Shown here piece by piece: positions 26,096 through 36,749 of a stretch of DNA of 64,000 nt. The stretch is from positions 45,443 through 109,442 of the forward strand of contig JAFUKG010000043.1 in the NCBI GenBank assembly GCA_017467865.1, in the 5' to 3' direction. Origin of the DNA: Clostridia bacterium. GTDB taxonomy: Bacteria; Bacillota; Clostridia; Oscillospirales; SIG627. Each line of letters starts with the position of its first letter. The stretch's first letter is position 1. A program made the position numbers and the translations under genes. The notes beneath the pieces were generated by a model. The model did no database searches. It had not been told where the DNA came from and was given only the letters and a program-made list of their open reading frames with translations.

Positions 26096-26560
26096 ATGTC
26101 AGGAATTGCAATTGCTATCTTAGGCGCAACACTCAGCGCACTTTTAGGAGGTACAGGCTCAGCCCTCGGTGTTATGTATGCCGGTAAGGCTGCTGCAGGA
26201 GTTACCTCGGAAAAGCCCGAGCTTTTCGGTAAAATGCTGGTGCTTCAGGCACTCCCCGGTACTCAGGGTATTTACGGATTTCTTGTAGCGGTTCTTGTTA
26301 TGGTTAACACGGGTATTCTCGGCGGTTCACCTGCCGACCTTACTATGGCTGAGGGTTGGGGCTACTTCTTTGCTTCTCTTCCTATGGCTATCGTAGGTCT
26401 TACCTCAGGTATTGCTCAGGGTATGACTGCGGCATCCGCTATTCATATGACAGGTAAACAGCCCGATGCATCAGGTAAGGGTATCACAATGACCGCTATG
26501 GTTGAGACCTATGCTATTCTTGCCCTTCTTACATCTATACTCCTCATATTCAGCCTTTAA
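26096..26560 (+). CDS. ntpK: V/A-type ATP synthase subunit K (proteolipid, 4 TM)
   Basis: 154-aa double-hairpin c subunit with PGTQGIYGF, IAQGMTAAS and MVETYAI motifs. Confidence 0.9.
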   Translation: MSGIAIAILGATLSALLGGTGSALGVMYAGKAAAGVTSEKPELFGKMLVLQALPGTQGIYGFLVAVLVMVNTGILGGSPADLTMAEGWGYFFASLPMAIVGLTSGIAQGMTAASAIHMTGKQPDASGKGITMTAMVETYAILALLTSILLIFSL

Positions 26561-26578
26561 TTCCAAGGGAGAAAAATA

Positions 26579-27163
26579 ATGAGTGCAGAAACAGTAACAA
26601 ACAAAATAGAAGAAAAGGCGAAGGAAAGCGCCCGTGAAATTCTCGCAATTGCCGAAAAAGAAGGAGAAAAGGTTCGTGACGGCATTATATCCGAAGCACA
26701 CGAAAGAGAAGAAAAAATAATAAAGAGCGCCGGACACACTGCCGAAATTACGAAAAAAGGTATTCTTCAATCGGCGAACCAAAGCGCAAGGCTTCTCATC
26801 TTAAAAACGAAGAGAGAAGCTATGGACAAGGTTAAAGATGAAGCGAAAGCAAAGCTTCTCGCATCCGACGGCAAGGAGATAGTAAGCCTCTTCCTTCACG
26901 AAATGAAGAAAAGCGGTCTGTCGGGAGAATACACTCTTTTTCCCTCGGGTCTTCACCGTGACCTCATCAAGAAAAACGTTAAGGAAATAGAAAAAAGCGT
27001 AGGCATAAAAATTACCGTGTCGGATGATAACGCAGAAATAAATAACGGATTTATTCTTTCAAACGACACCTACGACGTTGATTTTTCTCTTGATGCCATA
27101 GTTGAAGAAGCTTTTGAAATCAGCGAAAAATCGGTTTACGATACACTCTTTGAAGGAGAATAA
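26579..27163 (+). CDS. ntpE: V/A-type ATP synthase subunit E
   Basis: 194 aa with a charged N-terminal helix and a globular C-terminus. Consistent operon position. Confidence 0.85.
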   Translation: MSAETVTNKIEEKAKESAREILAIAEKEGEKVRDGIISEAHEREEKIIKSAGHTAEITKKGILQSANQSARLLILKTKREAMDKVKDEAKAKLLASDGKEIVSLFLHEMKKSGLSGEYTLFPSGLHRDLIKKNVKEIEKSVGIKITVSDDNAEINNGFILSNDTYDVDFSLDAIVEEAFEISEKSVYDTLFEGE

Positions 27164-27164
27164 G

Positions 27165-28010
27165 ATGATGGGAAATGTATTCGGGGCAAAGTCCTACGAA
27201 TATGCAGTAGGATGCATAAAAGCCACCTCTCATCCCCCCTTGACTCCCGAGCAGCTAAGACGTCTTTCTGACGCCGACGAGCACGACCTTGAAAAGCTCC
27301 TTGACGAATTCGGCTGGGGTAAAGGAATAGAGGGAAAGCTGCATGAGCGCATTGAGGGTGAGGTAAAATATGCCATAAGCTTTATCAAGGACATCTCTCC
27401 CGACGAGACCTTGACCGACCTGCTCTTCTTTGAAGAGGATGCAGGAAACTTAAAGCTCTTTATAAAAGGGCGTCTTTTGGGACGTGACGTTACTTCCCTT
27501 GCAAATGAGAGCGGAAGTATTCCCGTTGAAGTAATAAGAGGCTCTGTGGAAGCCTGGGATTTCACTCTGATTTCAGAAACCGTAAACGATATTTTAAAGG
27601 ACTACGAAAAGGAAAAAGACCCCTTTATTTTATCAATGGCTGCAGACCGTGCCATCTTCACCCACACTCTGGAAAAAGCGAAAAAGCAGAACAGAGCGCT
27701 TTATGAGATGCTTATAAAATACGCAGAGGCGAAAAACCGCATTGCCGAGGCAAGGCTCAAAAGTGTAGGCGGAGACACAGGCAAAATCCGAAGCCTTTTG
27801 CTCCCCGTCAGCTTCGACGGTATTGACACCGAAAAGGTTAACGCCGAGGAAATAATAAAGGGCGAAAAGGACAAGATTGCCCGTGCTATGTACGACCTGA
27901 GAAGCGGTGAAAACTTTGCACCCATTGCCGAATATTTCTTTGCAAAAAAAGAAGAGGGCATGGCTCTCCGACGGCTTCTTGCAGGACTTAATTCAAGAGG
28001 AAAGGAATAA
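27165..28010 (+). CDS. ntpC: V/A-type ATP synthase subunit C
   Basis: Start placed at the ATGATG 5 nt after GAAGGAGA and right after the ntpE stop. The track ORF start lies inside ntpE. 281 aa. Confidence 0.8.
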   Translation: MMGNVFGAKSYEYAVGCIKATSHPPLTPEQLRRLSDADEHDLEKLLDEFGWGKGIEGKLHERIEGEVKYAISFIKDISPDETLTDLLFFEEDAGNLKLFIKGRLLGRDVTSLANESGSIPVEVIRGSVEAWDFTLISETVNDILKDYEKEKDPFILSMAADRAIFTHTLEKAKKQNRALYEMLIKYAEAKNRIAEARLKSVGGDTGKIRSLLLPVSFDGIDTEKVNAEEIIKGEKDKIARAMYDLRSGENFAPIAEYFFAKKEEGMALRRLLAGLNSRGKE

Positions 28011-28014
28011 AAAA

Positions 28015-28335
28015 ATGAGCGAAACAAAGATTGCGGCAGTCGGCGACAGAGCATCGGTAATTCTTTTCCACACCGCAGGCGTTACCACAAGGGACGTCAT
28101 CTCTCTTGAAGAAGCGGAAAGTGCGGTAAGAGAGCTTGTAGTAGCAGGATATAACGTTATTTTTATAACAGAGGCATTTATAAAGGATATGACCGACCTT
28201 ACCGAAAAGTATAGGAGGGAAGCTTATCCCGCCCTAATTCCTATTCCGGACCGCTCGGGTTCAATGGGACTTGCCGAAAAGAAGGTTATCGACAACATGG
28301 AAAAGGCTATCGGCACAAACATATTTGACAAATAG
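28015..28335 (+). CDS. V/A-type ATP synthase subunit F
   Basis: 106 aa beginning MSETKIAAVGDRASVILFHTAGV, typical of subunit F. Internal ATG chosen directly after the ntpC stop. Confidence 0.8.
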   Translation: MSETKIAAVGDRASVILFHTAGVTTRDVISLEEAESAVRELVVAGYNVIFITEAFIKDMTDLTEKYRREAYPALIPIPDRSGSMGLAEKKVIDNMEKAIGTNIFDK

Positions 28336-28353
28336 TAGAAAGGTGGTTATTTG

Positions 28354-30135
28354 ATGGACACAGCAAATAACGTGGGAAAGATATATAAGGTTGCAGGTCC
28401 TCTCATCGTTGCCACGGGACTTGGTGACGTGCATATGTACGACGTTGTCAAGGTAAGCGAAAAAAAGCTTATCGGTGAGGTAATAGAGCTGAGAGGTGAC
28501 CGTGCATCAATTCAGGTATACGAGGATACCACAGGTATCGGACCAGGTGAAAACGTATATGTTACGGGAGAGCCTCTTTCTGTTGAGCTTGCTCCCGGTC
28601 TTATAGAAGGAATTTTCGACGGAACACAGCGTCCCCTTGAAAAAATATATAACGCCGCAGGCTCAAGAATACCCAGAGGTATCGACCTTCCCAAGCTTGA
28701 CCGCGAGAAAAAATGGAATTTTGTACCCGTTGCAAAGGTAGGAGACAAGGTTTCGGGGGGCATGGTTCTTGGTGAGGTTGAAGAGACTCTTGCGGTTACA
28801 CAGAAAATTATGGTACCCCCAACTATGTCGGGAACAGTTGAATGGATATACGAGGGTGAGGCTACAATTACCGAAACTGTTGCAAAAATAAAGACAGACA
28901 AGGGCGAAACGGCAGAAATACAAATGCTCCAGAAATGGCCCGTACGCCGCCGCCGTCCCTATGCAGAAAAGCTTGTACCCAAGGAGCCCATGATAACGGG
29001 TCAGAGAGTTATAGACTCACTCTTCCCTATTACAAAGGGAGGTGTTGCGGCTATCCCCGGCCCCTTCGGCTCGGGCAAGACGGTTACTCAGCACCAGATT
29101 GCAAAGTGGGCAGATGCGGATATTATCATTTACATCGGCTGCGGTGAGCGTGGAAATGAAATGACCGACGTATTGAAGGAATTCCCCGAGCTTCACGACC
29201 CCAGAACGGGTCTTTCCATAATGAAGAGAACCGTTCTTATCGCCAACACCTCGGATATGCCCGTTGCGGCACGTGAGGCATCTATTTACACGGGTATCAC
29301 CATTGCAGAATATTTCAGAGATATGGGCTACAAGGTTGCCATTATCGCTGACTCCACCTCGCGCTGGGCAGAGGCACTTCGTGAAATGTCGGGACGTCTT
29401 GAAGAGATGCCGGGTGAAGAAGGTTACCCTGCATACCTTTCTACAAGACTTGCCGAGTTCTACGAGAGAGCAGGCTCTGTCAAGTGTCTTGGCGGTGACA
29501 GATACGGCGCCATTACGGCTATCGGTGCAGTTTCCCCTCCCGGCGGTGACACATCCGAGCCCGTTTCTCAGGCAACCCTCAGAATAGTCAAGGTATTCTG
29601 GGGACTTTCGGCAGACCTTGCCTACAAGCGTCACTTCCCTGCTATCGACTGGATAAAGAGCTATTCTCTTTACGAGGACAAAGCATTTGAATATTACAAC
29701 GAAAAGGTAAACGATGAATGGTCGGCTCACGTTAAAGAGGTAAAGGCTATTCTCGGTGAGGAAGCAGAGCTTCAGGAAATTGTACGTCTTATAGGCTTTG
29801 ATGCCCTTGGTGAAAAGGACAGAATTACCATAGAATGTGCCCGCTCTATTCGCGAGGACTTCTTACAGCAGAACTCCTTCAGAGAGGTTGACCGCTATAC
29901 CTCTTCCTTCAAGCAGGCCGATATGCTTTCAGCCATTCTCTCTTGGTATAAGGGCAGTCTTTCGGCTCTTACAAAGGGTGCCACCTACAAGCAGATAATG
30001 GGTATGAAGGTGCTTGAAAAGATTGCAAAGATGAAATATGAGCCCGAAGAGAATTGGACTGAGTTCTATCAAGGTATTAACGATGACCTTACGACAGAGC
30101 TTCAGGAGATTACAAAAGGAGGGGACGCGCGTTGA
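28354..30135 (+). CDS. ntpA: V/A-type ATP synthase catalytic subunit A
   Basis: P-loop GPFGSGKT and A-subunit-specific non-homologous region. About 593 aa. Confidence 0.95.
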   Translation: MDTANNVGKIYKVAGPLIVATGLGDVHMYDVVKVSEKKLIGEVIELRGDRASIQVYEDTTGIGPGENVYVTGEPLSVELAPGLIEGIFDGTQRPLEKIYNAAGSRIPRGIDLPKLDREKKWNFVPVAKVGDKVSGGMVLGEVEETLAVTQKIMVPPTMSGTVEWIYEGEATITETVAKIKTDKGETAEIQMLQKWPVRRRRPYAEKLVPKEPMITGQRVIDSLFPITKGGVAAIPGPFGSGKTVTQHQIAKWADADIIIYIGCGERGNEMTDVLKEFPELHDPRTGLSIMKRTVLIANTSDMPVAAREASIYTGITIAEYFRDMGYKVAIIADSTSRWAEALREMSGRLEEMPGEEGYPAYLSTRLAEFYERAGSVKCLGGDRYGAITAIGAVSPPGGDTSEPVSQATLRIVKVFWGLSADLAYKRHFPAIDWIKSYSLYEDKAFEYYNEKVNDEWSAHVKEVKAILGEEAELQEIVRLIGFDALGEKDRITIECARSIREDFLQQNSFREVDRYTSSFKQADMLSAILSWYKGSLSALTKGATYKQIMGMKVLEKIAKMKYEPEENWTEFYQGINDDLTTELQEITKGGDAR

Positions 30136-31502
30136 AGAAGGAATATAAAACAATAAAAGAAGCCGTAGGACCTCTTATGCTGGTTGAATGCGTTGAAGAC
30201 GTAAAATACTATGAAATCGTTGAAATTATGCAGGCTGACGGCTCGAAAAGACTTGGCAGAGTTCTTGAAATAAAGGATAAGACCGCCGTTGTTCAGCTTT
30301 TTGAAAGCTCACAAGGCCTTCAGATATCAAGCGCTAAAGCGAGATTTCTCGGTCACGGACTTGAGCTTGCAGTGTCCCGCGATATGATTGGACGAGTTTT
30401 CGACGGAATGGGCAACCCCATTGACGGCGGTGCAAGGATTGTAGCAGAGCGCTTTGACGATATCAACGGTGAGCCTCTCAACCCTGCCGCACGCGACTAT
30501 CCCGCAGAGTTCATTCAGACCGGCGTTTCTGCCATCGACGGACTCAATACCCTTGTGCGAGGACAGAAGCTTCCCATCTTCTCGGGCTCGGGTCTCCCCC
30601 ACGCTAACCTTGCGGCGCAGATTGCAAGGCAGGCTAAGGTAAGAGGAACGGACGAAAACTTTGCGGTTGTATTTGCCGCTATCGGTATCACCTTTGAGGA
30701 GGCGGAGTTCTTCGTTGAGGACTTCAGAAAGACGGGCTCTATTGAGCGTTCAGTACTCTTTATGAACCTTGCCGACGCTCCTGCCGTTGAGAGAATTGCA
30801 ACTCCACGTATGGCGATAACCTGTGCAGAATACCTTGCCTATGAGCTTGGTATGCACGTGCTTGTTATTCTCACCGACCTTACAAACTACGCCGAGGCTC
30901 TTCGTGAGGTTTCTGCCGCACGTAAGGAAGTTCCCGGAAGAAGAGGTTACCCCGGTTATCTTTACACCGACCTTGCCTCTCTTTATGAGAGAGCGGGAAG
31001 AATAAACGGCAAGAAGGGTTCTATTACACAAATTCCCATTCTTACCATGCCCGAGGATGACAAGACGCATCCCATTCCCGACCTTACGGGATATATCACA
31101 GAAGGACAGATTATTCTTTCTCGTGAGCTTTACATGAGAGGTATTGAGCCTCCCATCGACGTTCTTCCCTCTCTCAGCCGTCTTAAGAATAAGGGTATCG
31201 GCAACGGTAAGACCCGTGAGGACCATGCCGACACTATGGACCAGATTTTCTCGGCTTATGCAAGAGGTAAGGAGGCAAAGGAGCTTGCCGTAATTCTTGG
31301 CGAGTCTGCTCTTTCCGAAATGGACAGAAAATACGCCAAGTTCTCGGAGGAGTTTGAAAACCTCTACCTTGCCCAAGGCTACAACACCGACAGAACCATA
31401 GAAGAAACACTTGACATCGGCTGGAAGCTTCTCTCTATTCTCCCCACCACCGAGCTTAAGAGAATAAGACCCGAGTATATCGAAAAATACTTGAAGGGAT
31501 AA
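30132..31502 (+). CDS. ntpB: V/A-type ATP synthase subunit B
   Basis: 456 aa. The TTG start overlaps the ntpA stop (TTGA). Conserved [15 protein letters not shown]. Confidence 0.95.
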   Translation: MKKEYKTIKEAVGPLMLVECVEDVKYYEIVEIMQADGSKRLGRVLEIKDKTAVVQLFESSQGLQISSAKARFLGHGLELAVSRDMIGRVFDGMGNPIDGGARIVAERFDDINGEPLNPAARDYPAEFIQTGVSAIDGLNTLVRGQKLPIFSGSGLPHANLAAQIARQAKVRGTDENFAVVFAAIGITFEEAEFFVEDFRKTGSIERSVLFMNLADAPAVERIATPRMAITCAEYLAYELGMHVLVILTDLTNYAEALREVSAARKEVPGRRGYPGYLYTDLASLYERAGRINGKKGSITQIPILTMPEDDKTHPIPDLTGYITEGQIILSRELYMRGIEPPIDVLPSLSRLKNKGIGNGKTREDHADTMDQIFSAYARGKEAKELAVILGESALSEMDRKYAKFSEEFENLYLAQGYNTDRTIEETLDIGWKLLSILPTTELKRIRPEYIEKYLKG

Positions 31503-31506
31503 GGTT

Positions 31507-32133
31507 ATGGCTAAAAGAGTAAACTCCACAAGAATGGAGCTGACACGCACAAAAAAGCGTCTTGCCACAGCCATAAGAGGACACAAGCTTTTAAAGGACA
31601 AGCAGGATGAAATGGCTCGTCAGTTTATGATATATATCAGGCGCAACCGAGAACTCAGGCGTGAGGTTGACGAAATTCTCTCACGCGCTATGGCAAAAAC
31701 TGCTATGGCGGAAGCCGAAATGGGAACGTCGGCATTAAATGAAGCACTCCTTGTTCCCTCGGCATCGGCAAAGGCTGAATATGACACAAAAAATATTATG
31801 AGTATCATCGTTCCCGACATAAAGAAGAAAGATGAAAAGGAAACGGCGTCACTTCCCTATTCTCTCATCTTCTCGTCGGAGTATCTTGACTCTGCCACCC
31901 TTGATATGAAAAGCGTTATGCCAAAGCTATTGGAGCTTGCATCGGTTGAAAAGACCTGCGATATGCTCTCCGACGAGCTTGAACGAACACGCCGCCGTGT
32001 AAATGCCCTTGAGTACGTTCTTATCACCGAAATGAAGGACACCATCAAGTATATCTCGATGAAGCTTGAGGACAACGAAAGAAGCAATCTTACAAGGCTG
32101 ATGAAGGTCAAAGACATGATGAAGGAAGAATAA
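31507..32133 (+). CDS. ntpD: V/A-type ATP synthase subunit D
   Basis: 208-aa coiled-coil central stalk protein (NSTRMELTRTKKRL). Confidence 0.9.
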   Translation: MAKRVNSTRMELTRTKKRLATAIRGHKLLKDKQDEMARQFMIYIRRNRELRREVDEILSRAMAKTAMAEAEMGTSALNEALLVPSASAKAEYDTKNIMSIIVPDIKKKDEKETASLPYSLIFSSEYLDSATLDMKSVMPKLLELASVEKTCDMLSDELERTRRRVNALEYVLITEMKDTIKYISMKLEDNERSNLTRLMKVKDMMKEE

Positions 32134-32138
32134 AAAAT

Positions 32139-32172
32139 AAGGCACAAGGCTGAAAGGTCTTGTGCCTTTTTC
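32139..32172 (+). terminator. Terminator of the ATPase operon
   Basis: AAGGCACAAG-gctgaaaggt-CTTGTGCCTT followed by TTTTC. Confidence 0.7.
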
Positions 32173-32182
32173 TATGCGATTT

Positions 32183-32230
32183 ATGATATCATGATATCAT
32201 GATGTCATGTTATCATGATATCATAATATC
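32183..32230 (+). repeat. ATGATATC octamer tandem array, locus 1
   Basis: ATGATATC/ATGATATC/ATGATGTC/ATGTTATC/ATGATATC/ATAATATC. An inverted near-copy lies at 50752-50800. Confidence 0.85.
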
Positions 32231-32273
32231 AAAAAAAGAAGGAAAGCCGTAAACTTTGGCTTTCCTGTTTTTT
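32231..32273 (-). terminator. Bidirectional terminator after the GH4 gene
   Basis: AGGAAAGCC-gtaaacttt-GGCTTTCCT, flanked by an A7 run and a T6 run. Confidence 0.7.
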
Positions 32274-32280
32274 ATGAAAT

Positions 32281-33603
32281 TTACTTATACCAAGGTAAAA
32301 ATTCCTTGTTTATTTCAAGCATTTCGTTGACCATCTCTTCGATTTCGTCGAGAGTAAGAACTGCAGAGGTAAGTGGGTCGAAGGCACACGCCCAGAATAC
32401 CTTTCTCTTGTCGCCTTCAAGGGCTGCTTCAACTGCAAGCTCTTCACAGCGTGCGGTTGTATTAACAAGCACTGCCAGCTGCTCGGGAAGAGAGCCCACC
32501 GCTATCGCTTCAAGGCTGTCCTTGCTTGCAACGACGGGAACCTCTACGCAGCATCCTTCGGGCAGATTATCTATGAGACCGAAGTTTCTTACGTTTCCGT
32601 TGAATTTGAAGATAGTATTATCGCCGAACATTGCGTTGAAAATATATGCGGCGTATTCCTCTCCTCTTTCAAGCTCTATCTCGCTGTCGGGCTTATCAAG
32701 ATGTTCCTTTATCTGGTCACGCCACTTATCCTTCATTTCGATATAGTAGTCAAGGATATATGAGTGCTTACCTGGGTTCCAGCCTGTGCCGTCGGTGCAG
32801 AACTTGTCTATAAGGTCGGCACGCTTGCGATACCATGCAACGTACTCGCTGTTGTGTCCGCTACTTTCGGTGGGATAATAACCGAGGTGACGGAACATAT
32901 TGCTTCTGACCTTCTCCTCGTTGGCTATCTCGGGCTTTTTGAGTGCCTCTTCAATGAGAGGATACATATCCTTGCCATTCCATTTGAGGTCGAGGTAAAA
33001 CGCCTGATGGTTTACACCTGCACAGGTATAAGTCACGTCCTTGGGGTCTGCACCTACCCAACCCGCAAGCATTCTCGCCGTTCCCTGCACGCTATGGCAT
33101 AAGCCCGTAATTTTAAGGTTGGGGAATTTCTCCTGCATTGCACGGCAGAGCATTGCCATGGGGTTAGTATAGTTGAGGAAAACTGCATCGGGACAATACT
33201 TCTCGATGTCTGCACAGATATCCAGCATTACAGGGATAGTTCTGAGGGCACGGAAGATACCCGAAGGACCTCTCGTGTCACCTACGTTCAAGTCAATACC
33301 ATATTTTTTAGGGATGAGAATATCGTTTTTCCATATGTCAACGTCGCCTGACAGAATAGTACACACAACGCCATCCGCTCCCTTGAGAGCTTCAACTCTG
33401 TCGGTGGTTGCAGTAATTTTCGCAGGATAGTTACCTGCTCTTACAATCTTTTCACAAGCAATTCTTATGTATTCAAGTCTTTCCTCGTTGATATCCATGA
33501 GGGCAATCTCAGCGTCCTTGAACGCAGGGAAGGTCAATATGTCCTTGACAAGCTTTCGTGTAAAGCCGAAGCTTCCTCCTCCGATAAAGGCGAATTTTTT
33601 CAT
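32281..33603 (-). CDS. Glycoside hydrolase family 4 (NAD/Mn-dependent alpha-galactosidase/glucosidase type)
   Basis: MKKFAFIGGGSFGF Rossmann N-terminus, NYTNPMAM and GLCHSVQG motifs. Start at ATG 33603 after GGAAAGGAG. Confidence 0.85.
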   Translation of the reverse strand: MKKFAFIGGGSFGFTRKLVKDILTFPAFKDAEIALMDINEERLEYIRIACEKIVRAGNYPAKITATTDRVEALKGADGVVCTILSGDVDIWKNDILIPKKYGIDLNVGDTRGPSGIFRALRTIPVMLDICADIEKYCPDAVFLNYTNPMAMLCRAMQEKFPNLKITGLCHSVQGTARMLAGWVGADPKDVTYTCAGVNHQAFYLDLKWNGKDMYPLIEEALKKPEIANEEKVRSNMFRHLGYYPTESSGHNSEYVAWYRKRADLIDKFCTDGTGWNPGKHSYILDYYIEMKDKWRDQIKEHLDKPDSEIELERGEEYAAYIFNAMFGDNTIFKFNGNVRNFGLIDNLPEGCCVEVPVVASKDSLEAIAVGSLPEQLAVLVNTTARCEELAVEAALEGDKRKVFWACAFDPLTSAVLTLDEIEEMVNEMLEINKEFLPWYK

Positions 33604-33723
33604 TTCAGTACTCCTTTCCTTTGTATACTGACTAAAGTTTAATAGAAAAATGTCCATTTGTCTATTGCTTTTTGTCGCATATTTATGGTAAAATGTCTAC
33701 ATAAATTATTAAGGGGTGTTTTT

Positions 33724-34545
33724 ATGGGTAATTGTAATTTTGACCTTTCGGGAATAAAAAGCCAAAATCATTCACTTGTACCTATTCGCTGCGGAGAAGA
33801 GAAATGCAAGCCTGAGCAATATTGGGGAGCGGGGGTGCGCTCCTGCTATCTTATTCACTTTGTGGCGTCGGGCAAGGGAGTCTTTTACTGCGGGCCTCAC
33901 AAGCATACTGTGGAAAAGGGTCAGATTTTCGTCATTTTTCCCGACACTATTGTAAAGTATCAAGCAGATGCCAACGACCCTTGGCATTACATGTGGCTGG
34001 GATTTAGCGGTGACGAAGCGAAGACAATTATATCGTCGGCGGGAATTACCCTTTCCAAGCCCGTACTCACCGTAAAAAATCCCGATATGGCGATGGAGCT
34101 TCTTTCGTCCATGCCATCTGAAAGAAGTGCCGACGTGAAAAACAATCTCTTCTTTACCGCCAAGCTATATGAATTTATGTCTCTTATACTTGACTCCAAC
34201 AGTCACCCCGAAAAGAAAGAAAACGCATATCTCACCACTGCCACAAGGTACATCAAGGCGTATTACTCCGAGGATATAACCGTTGATAAAATCGCCGCCC
34301 ACGTAGGAGTGAGCAGAAAATACCTTTTCATTATTTTTAAAAACTCCCTTGGTATCTCTCCCAAGGACTACATAGTAGACTACCGCATAAAAAAGGCAAA
34401 GGAATTTCTTATGAACGAGGAGCTGTCTGTGGGCAGTATTGCCTATTCGGTGGGCTACAGTGACCCCTTGAACTTCTCAAAGATATTCAAGAAGAAAACG
34501 GGAGTGTCACCCAAGGAATACCGAATTCAATTTACGCAAAAATAA
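33724..34545 (+). CDS. AraC-family transcriptional regulator
   Basis: Cupin-like N-terminal half and a C-terminal double HTH (..SIAYSVGYSDPLNFSKIFKKKTGVSPKEYR). Divergent from the GH4 gene. Confidence 0.85.
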   Translation: MGNCNFDLSGIKSQNHSLVPIRCGEEKCKPEQYWGAGVRSCYLIHFVASGKGVFYCGPHKHTVEKGQIFVIFPDTIVKYQADANDPWHYMWLGFSGDEAKTIISSAGITLSKPVLTVKNPDMAMELLSSMPSERSADVKNNLFFTAKLYEFMSLILDSNSHPEKKENAYLTTATRYIKAYYSEDITVDKIAAHVGVSRKYLFIIFKNSLGISPKDYIVDYRIKKAKEFLMNEELSVGSIAYSVGYSDPLNFSKIFKKKTGVSPKEYRIQFTQK

Positions 34546-34563
34546 GAGGAGCTTTTGCTCCTC

Positions 34564-35202
34564 TTATTTTACGCCCTCTTCGGTGGTTTTATCGGTTAAG
34601 TAGTCGGTGTATCCTACAATTTTAAGGGTAAACCTTCCTCTATCGTATTCTGCCACGGTAATTGATGCGTTAGGCACGTGAGGGATAGTCTCTATATTTT
34701 CAAGAGGTGTTCCTGTAAAGGCGGCACGAAGATTTCGCACAACTCCTCCGTGAGTACCTATAACGATAGTTTTTCCGTCGTTTTCCTTTGCTATCTTTTC
34801 TATCTCGCGAAGTGCCCTTTCCTGACACTCGCCATAGGTTTCACCGCCGTCAAAACGGGCTATACCCGGCTTTTCTTTATAAAGCTTAAAGCTTTCAGGG
34901 TATTCTAACTTTACGTCCTCTATAAGTCTTCCCTGCCACTCGCCTACGTCAACCTCGCGGAATGCCTTTGTTTTTATTATCTCAAGGTCAAGCGCCTTTG
35001 CCAACGGCTCAACCGTATCATAGGCTCTCGAAAGGTCACTTGAATAAACCTTATCCACCTTAAAGCTATGAAGTATGTAATCCGAAACCGACTTTGCCTG
35101 ACGAAGTCCCGCTTCGTCAAGAGGCACGTCCATCTGTCCTGAAAATCTCTTTTCTTTATTTCCTTTGCTAAAGCCGTGTCTCACAATAATAAAGCTAACC
35201 AT
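34564..35202 (-). CDS. Histidine phosphatase family protein (phosphoglycerate-mutase-like)
   Basis: RHG motif (IIVRHGFS) and a downstream GTHGG. Confidence 0.8.
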   Translation of the reverse strand: MVSFIIVRHGFSKGNKEKRFSGQMDVPLDEAGLRQAKSVSDYILHSFKVDKVYSSDLSRAYDTVEPLAKALDLEIIKTKAFREVDVGEWQGRLIEDVKLEYPESFKLYKEKPGIARFDGGETYGECQERALREIEKIAKENDGKTIVIGTHGGVVRNLRAAFTGTPLENIETIPHVPNASITVAEYDRGRFTLKIVGYTDYLTDKTTEEGVK

Positions 35203-35205
35203 TTT

Positions 35206-36048
35206 TTAACGCTCCCTGCTGTTTTTAAATTTATCAATAGCGGAATTCAGCTCTGCGCCCATTATGAGAATTACCGCTGTCATATAAAGCCAGATAAGAA
35301 GTATAATAATAGCACCGAGAGTGCCATAGATAAGTGAATAATTGGCGAAATTTTCTACGTAAAAGGAAAAGCCGATGCTGAGTACCACCCACAGTATGAG
35401 GGCGGTGCAGATACCAGGAATGACTGTTTTTACAGGTCTTTTCTCATCGAAGGATGCAAGGTAGAGTATTCCCGTTGCAAAAAGCATAAGAAAGGCTATG
35501 ACACCGAAACGCAGATACTGCCACAGATTTATAAAGTAATCCGAAATCCCGAAGATACTCTCGGGAAGCACCTTATCAAGGTATACGAGAAGTCTTTCGC
35601 CCACGGTAGCAAGAAAAAGTGTCAATACGATTACCACAAGAAAGACAACTGTAAAGAGAAGCTGTTTTATAATATATCTGATGGGCTTTTTGGGGGCGGG
35701 CAGTTCATAGGCACGTCTTACGTCGTCCATAAGACCCTTCACCGCACGCATGGGAAACCACACCGAAAAAACAAGGGAAAACCACATGAGCACCCTGCTT
35801 GAGTTAAGAGAAACGTATTCAAGATAGCTTTCGGCTATATCCACAACAGCGTCAGGCAAAACTCTGTCAAGGGCTTTAGTTATTGCAAACACGTTCAGCT
35901 CGAGTGTACCCAGAAGGTTAGAAAAGAATATCATCAAGGGAAAAAGTGCAAAAAGAAGATAATAGGCAAGTGCCGCGGCATTTTTTGCAACCGAATGGTC
36001 AAAATAATTAAAAACCAAGCTATGCAACACATTTTTTACTTTTCTCAA
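35206..36048 (-). CDS. YihY/BrkB-family membrane protein
   Basis: 280 aa, 6 TM segments, with the AAALAYYLLFALFPL signature. Confidence 0.8.
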   Translation of the reverse strand: MRKVKNVLHSLVFNYFDHSVAKNAAALAYYLLFALFPLMIFFSNLLGTLELNVFAITKALDRVLPDAVVDIAESYLEYVSLNSSRVLMWFSLVFSVWFPMRAVKGLMDDVRRAYELPAPKKPIRYIIKQLLFTVVFLVVIVLTLFLATVGERLLVYLDKVLPESIFGISDYFINLWQYLRFGVIAFLMLFATGILYLASFDEKRPVKTVIPGICTALILWVVLSIGFSFYVENFANYSLIYGTLGAIIILLIWLYMTAVILIMGAELNSAIDKFKNSRER

Positions 36049-36113
36049 AAGGGTATCACCTCGGTTTTATTATGTGGAAATCCGACCATAATTATGATGG
36101 TCGGACAGAAATT

Positions 36114-36749
36114 TTACAGATTAGGCTTCTCGCCTGACTTCTTTTCAATACATTCACATATAAGTCTTGCCGCAAGGTCGGTGCCGAATTTACCCGAGTC
36201 GATAACAAGGTCGTAGTAATCTGCCTTACCCCAAACCTGAGAGGTATGGCTATCGTAATAATCTGCTCTTATCTTGTCGGTCTTTTTTATGAGCTTCTTT
36301 GCTTCCTCGGGAGAAATGTTATAGAGTCTCACCGCTCTTTCAATTCTCTTTGACATATCGGCTTTGATGAACACGCTGACAGTCTCGGGGCGGTCTGAAA
36401 GTACAAAGTCAGCGCATCTTCCCATAATTACGCAGTTGCCCTTGTCGGCGAAATTACCGATTACGCTGAACTGTGCTTCGGCAATTCTGATGCTGATGGG
36501 AAGCATAAGAGAGGGGTCGTCGGAATACCAATAATTTGCGTACTGATAGCCTGGGTAATCCCAAAGTCTCGGGGGCTTTTCATCATGCTTTTTCACGTCC
36601 TCGGCAGACATTTTAAGTAACCCTGCAGCCTCGTCTATAATCTCTTTGTCATAGTAAGGTATATCAAAATATTTTGCTACCTTATGTCCTATCTCGGCAC
36701 CGCCGCTGCAAAATTGACGTCCTATTGTGATTACAAAGTTTTTATCCAT
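36114..36749 (-). CDS. Cytidylate-kinase-like family protein
   Basis: ITIGRQFCSGGAEIG P-loop-like N-terminus, typical of this family. Confidence 0.75.
   Translation of the reverse strand: MDKNFVITIGRQFCSGGAEIGHKVAKYFDIPYYDKEIIDEAAGLLKMSAEDVKKHDEKPPRLWDYPGYQYANYWYSDDPSLMLPISIRIAEAQFSVIGNFADKGNCVIMGRCADFVLSDRPETVSVFIKADMSKRIERAVRLYNISPEEAKKLIKKTDKIRADYYDSHTSQVWGKADYYDLVIDSGKFGTDLAARLICECIEKKSGEKPNL

Noticed and set aside
32183-32230. Short tandem repeats (ATGATATC arrays and AATGCAG heptads) as possible CRISPR arrays
   Set aside because: The periods are 7-8 nt with no spacers and no repeats of 25-40 nt, and no cas genes are in the window. These are not CRISPR.
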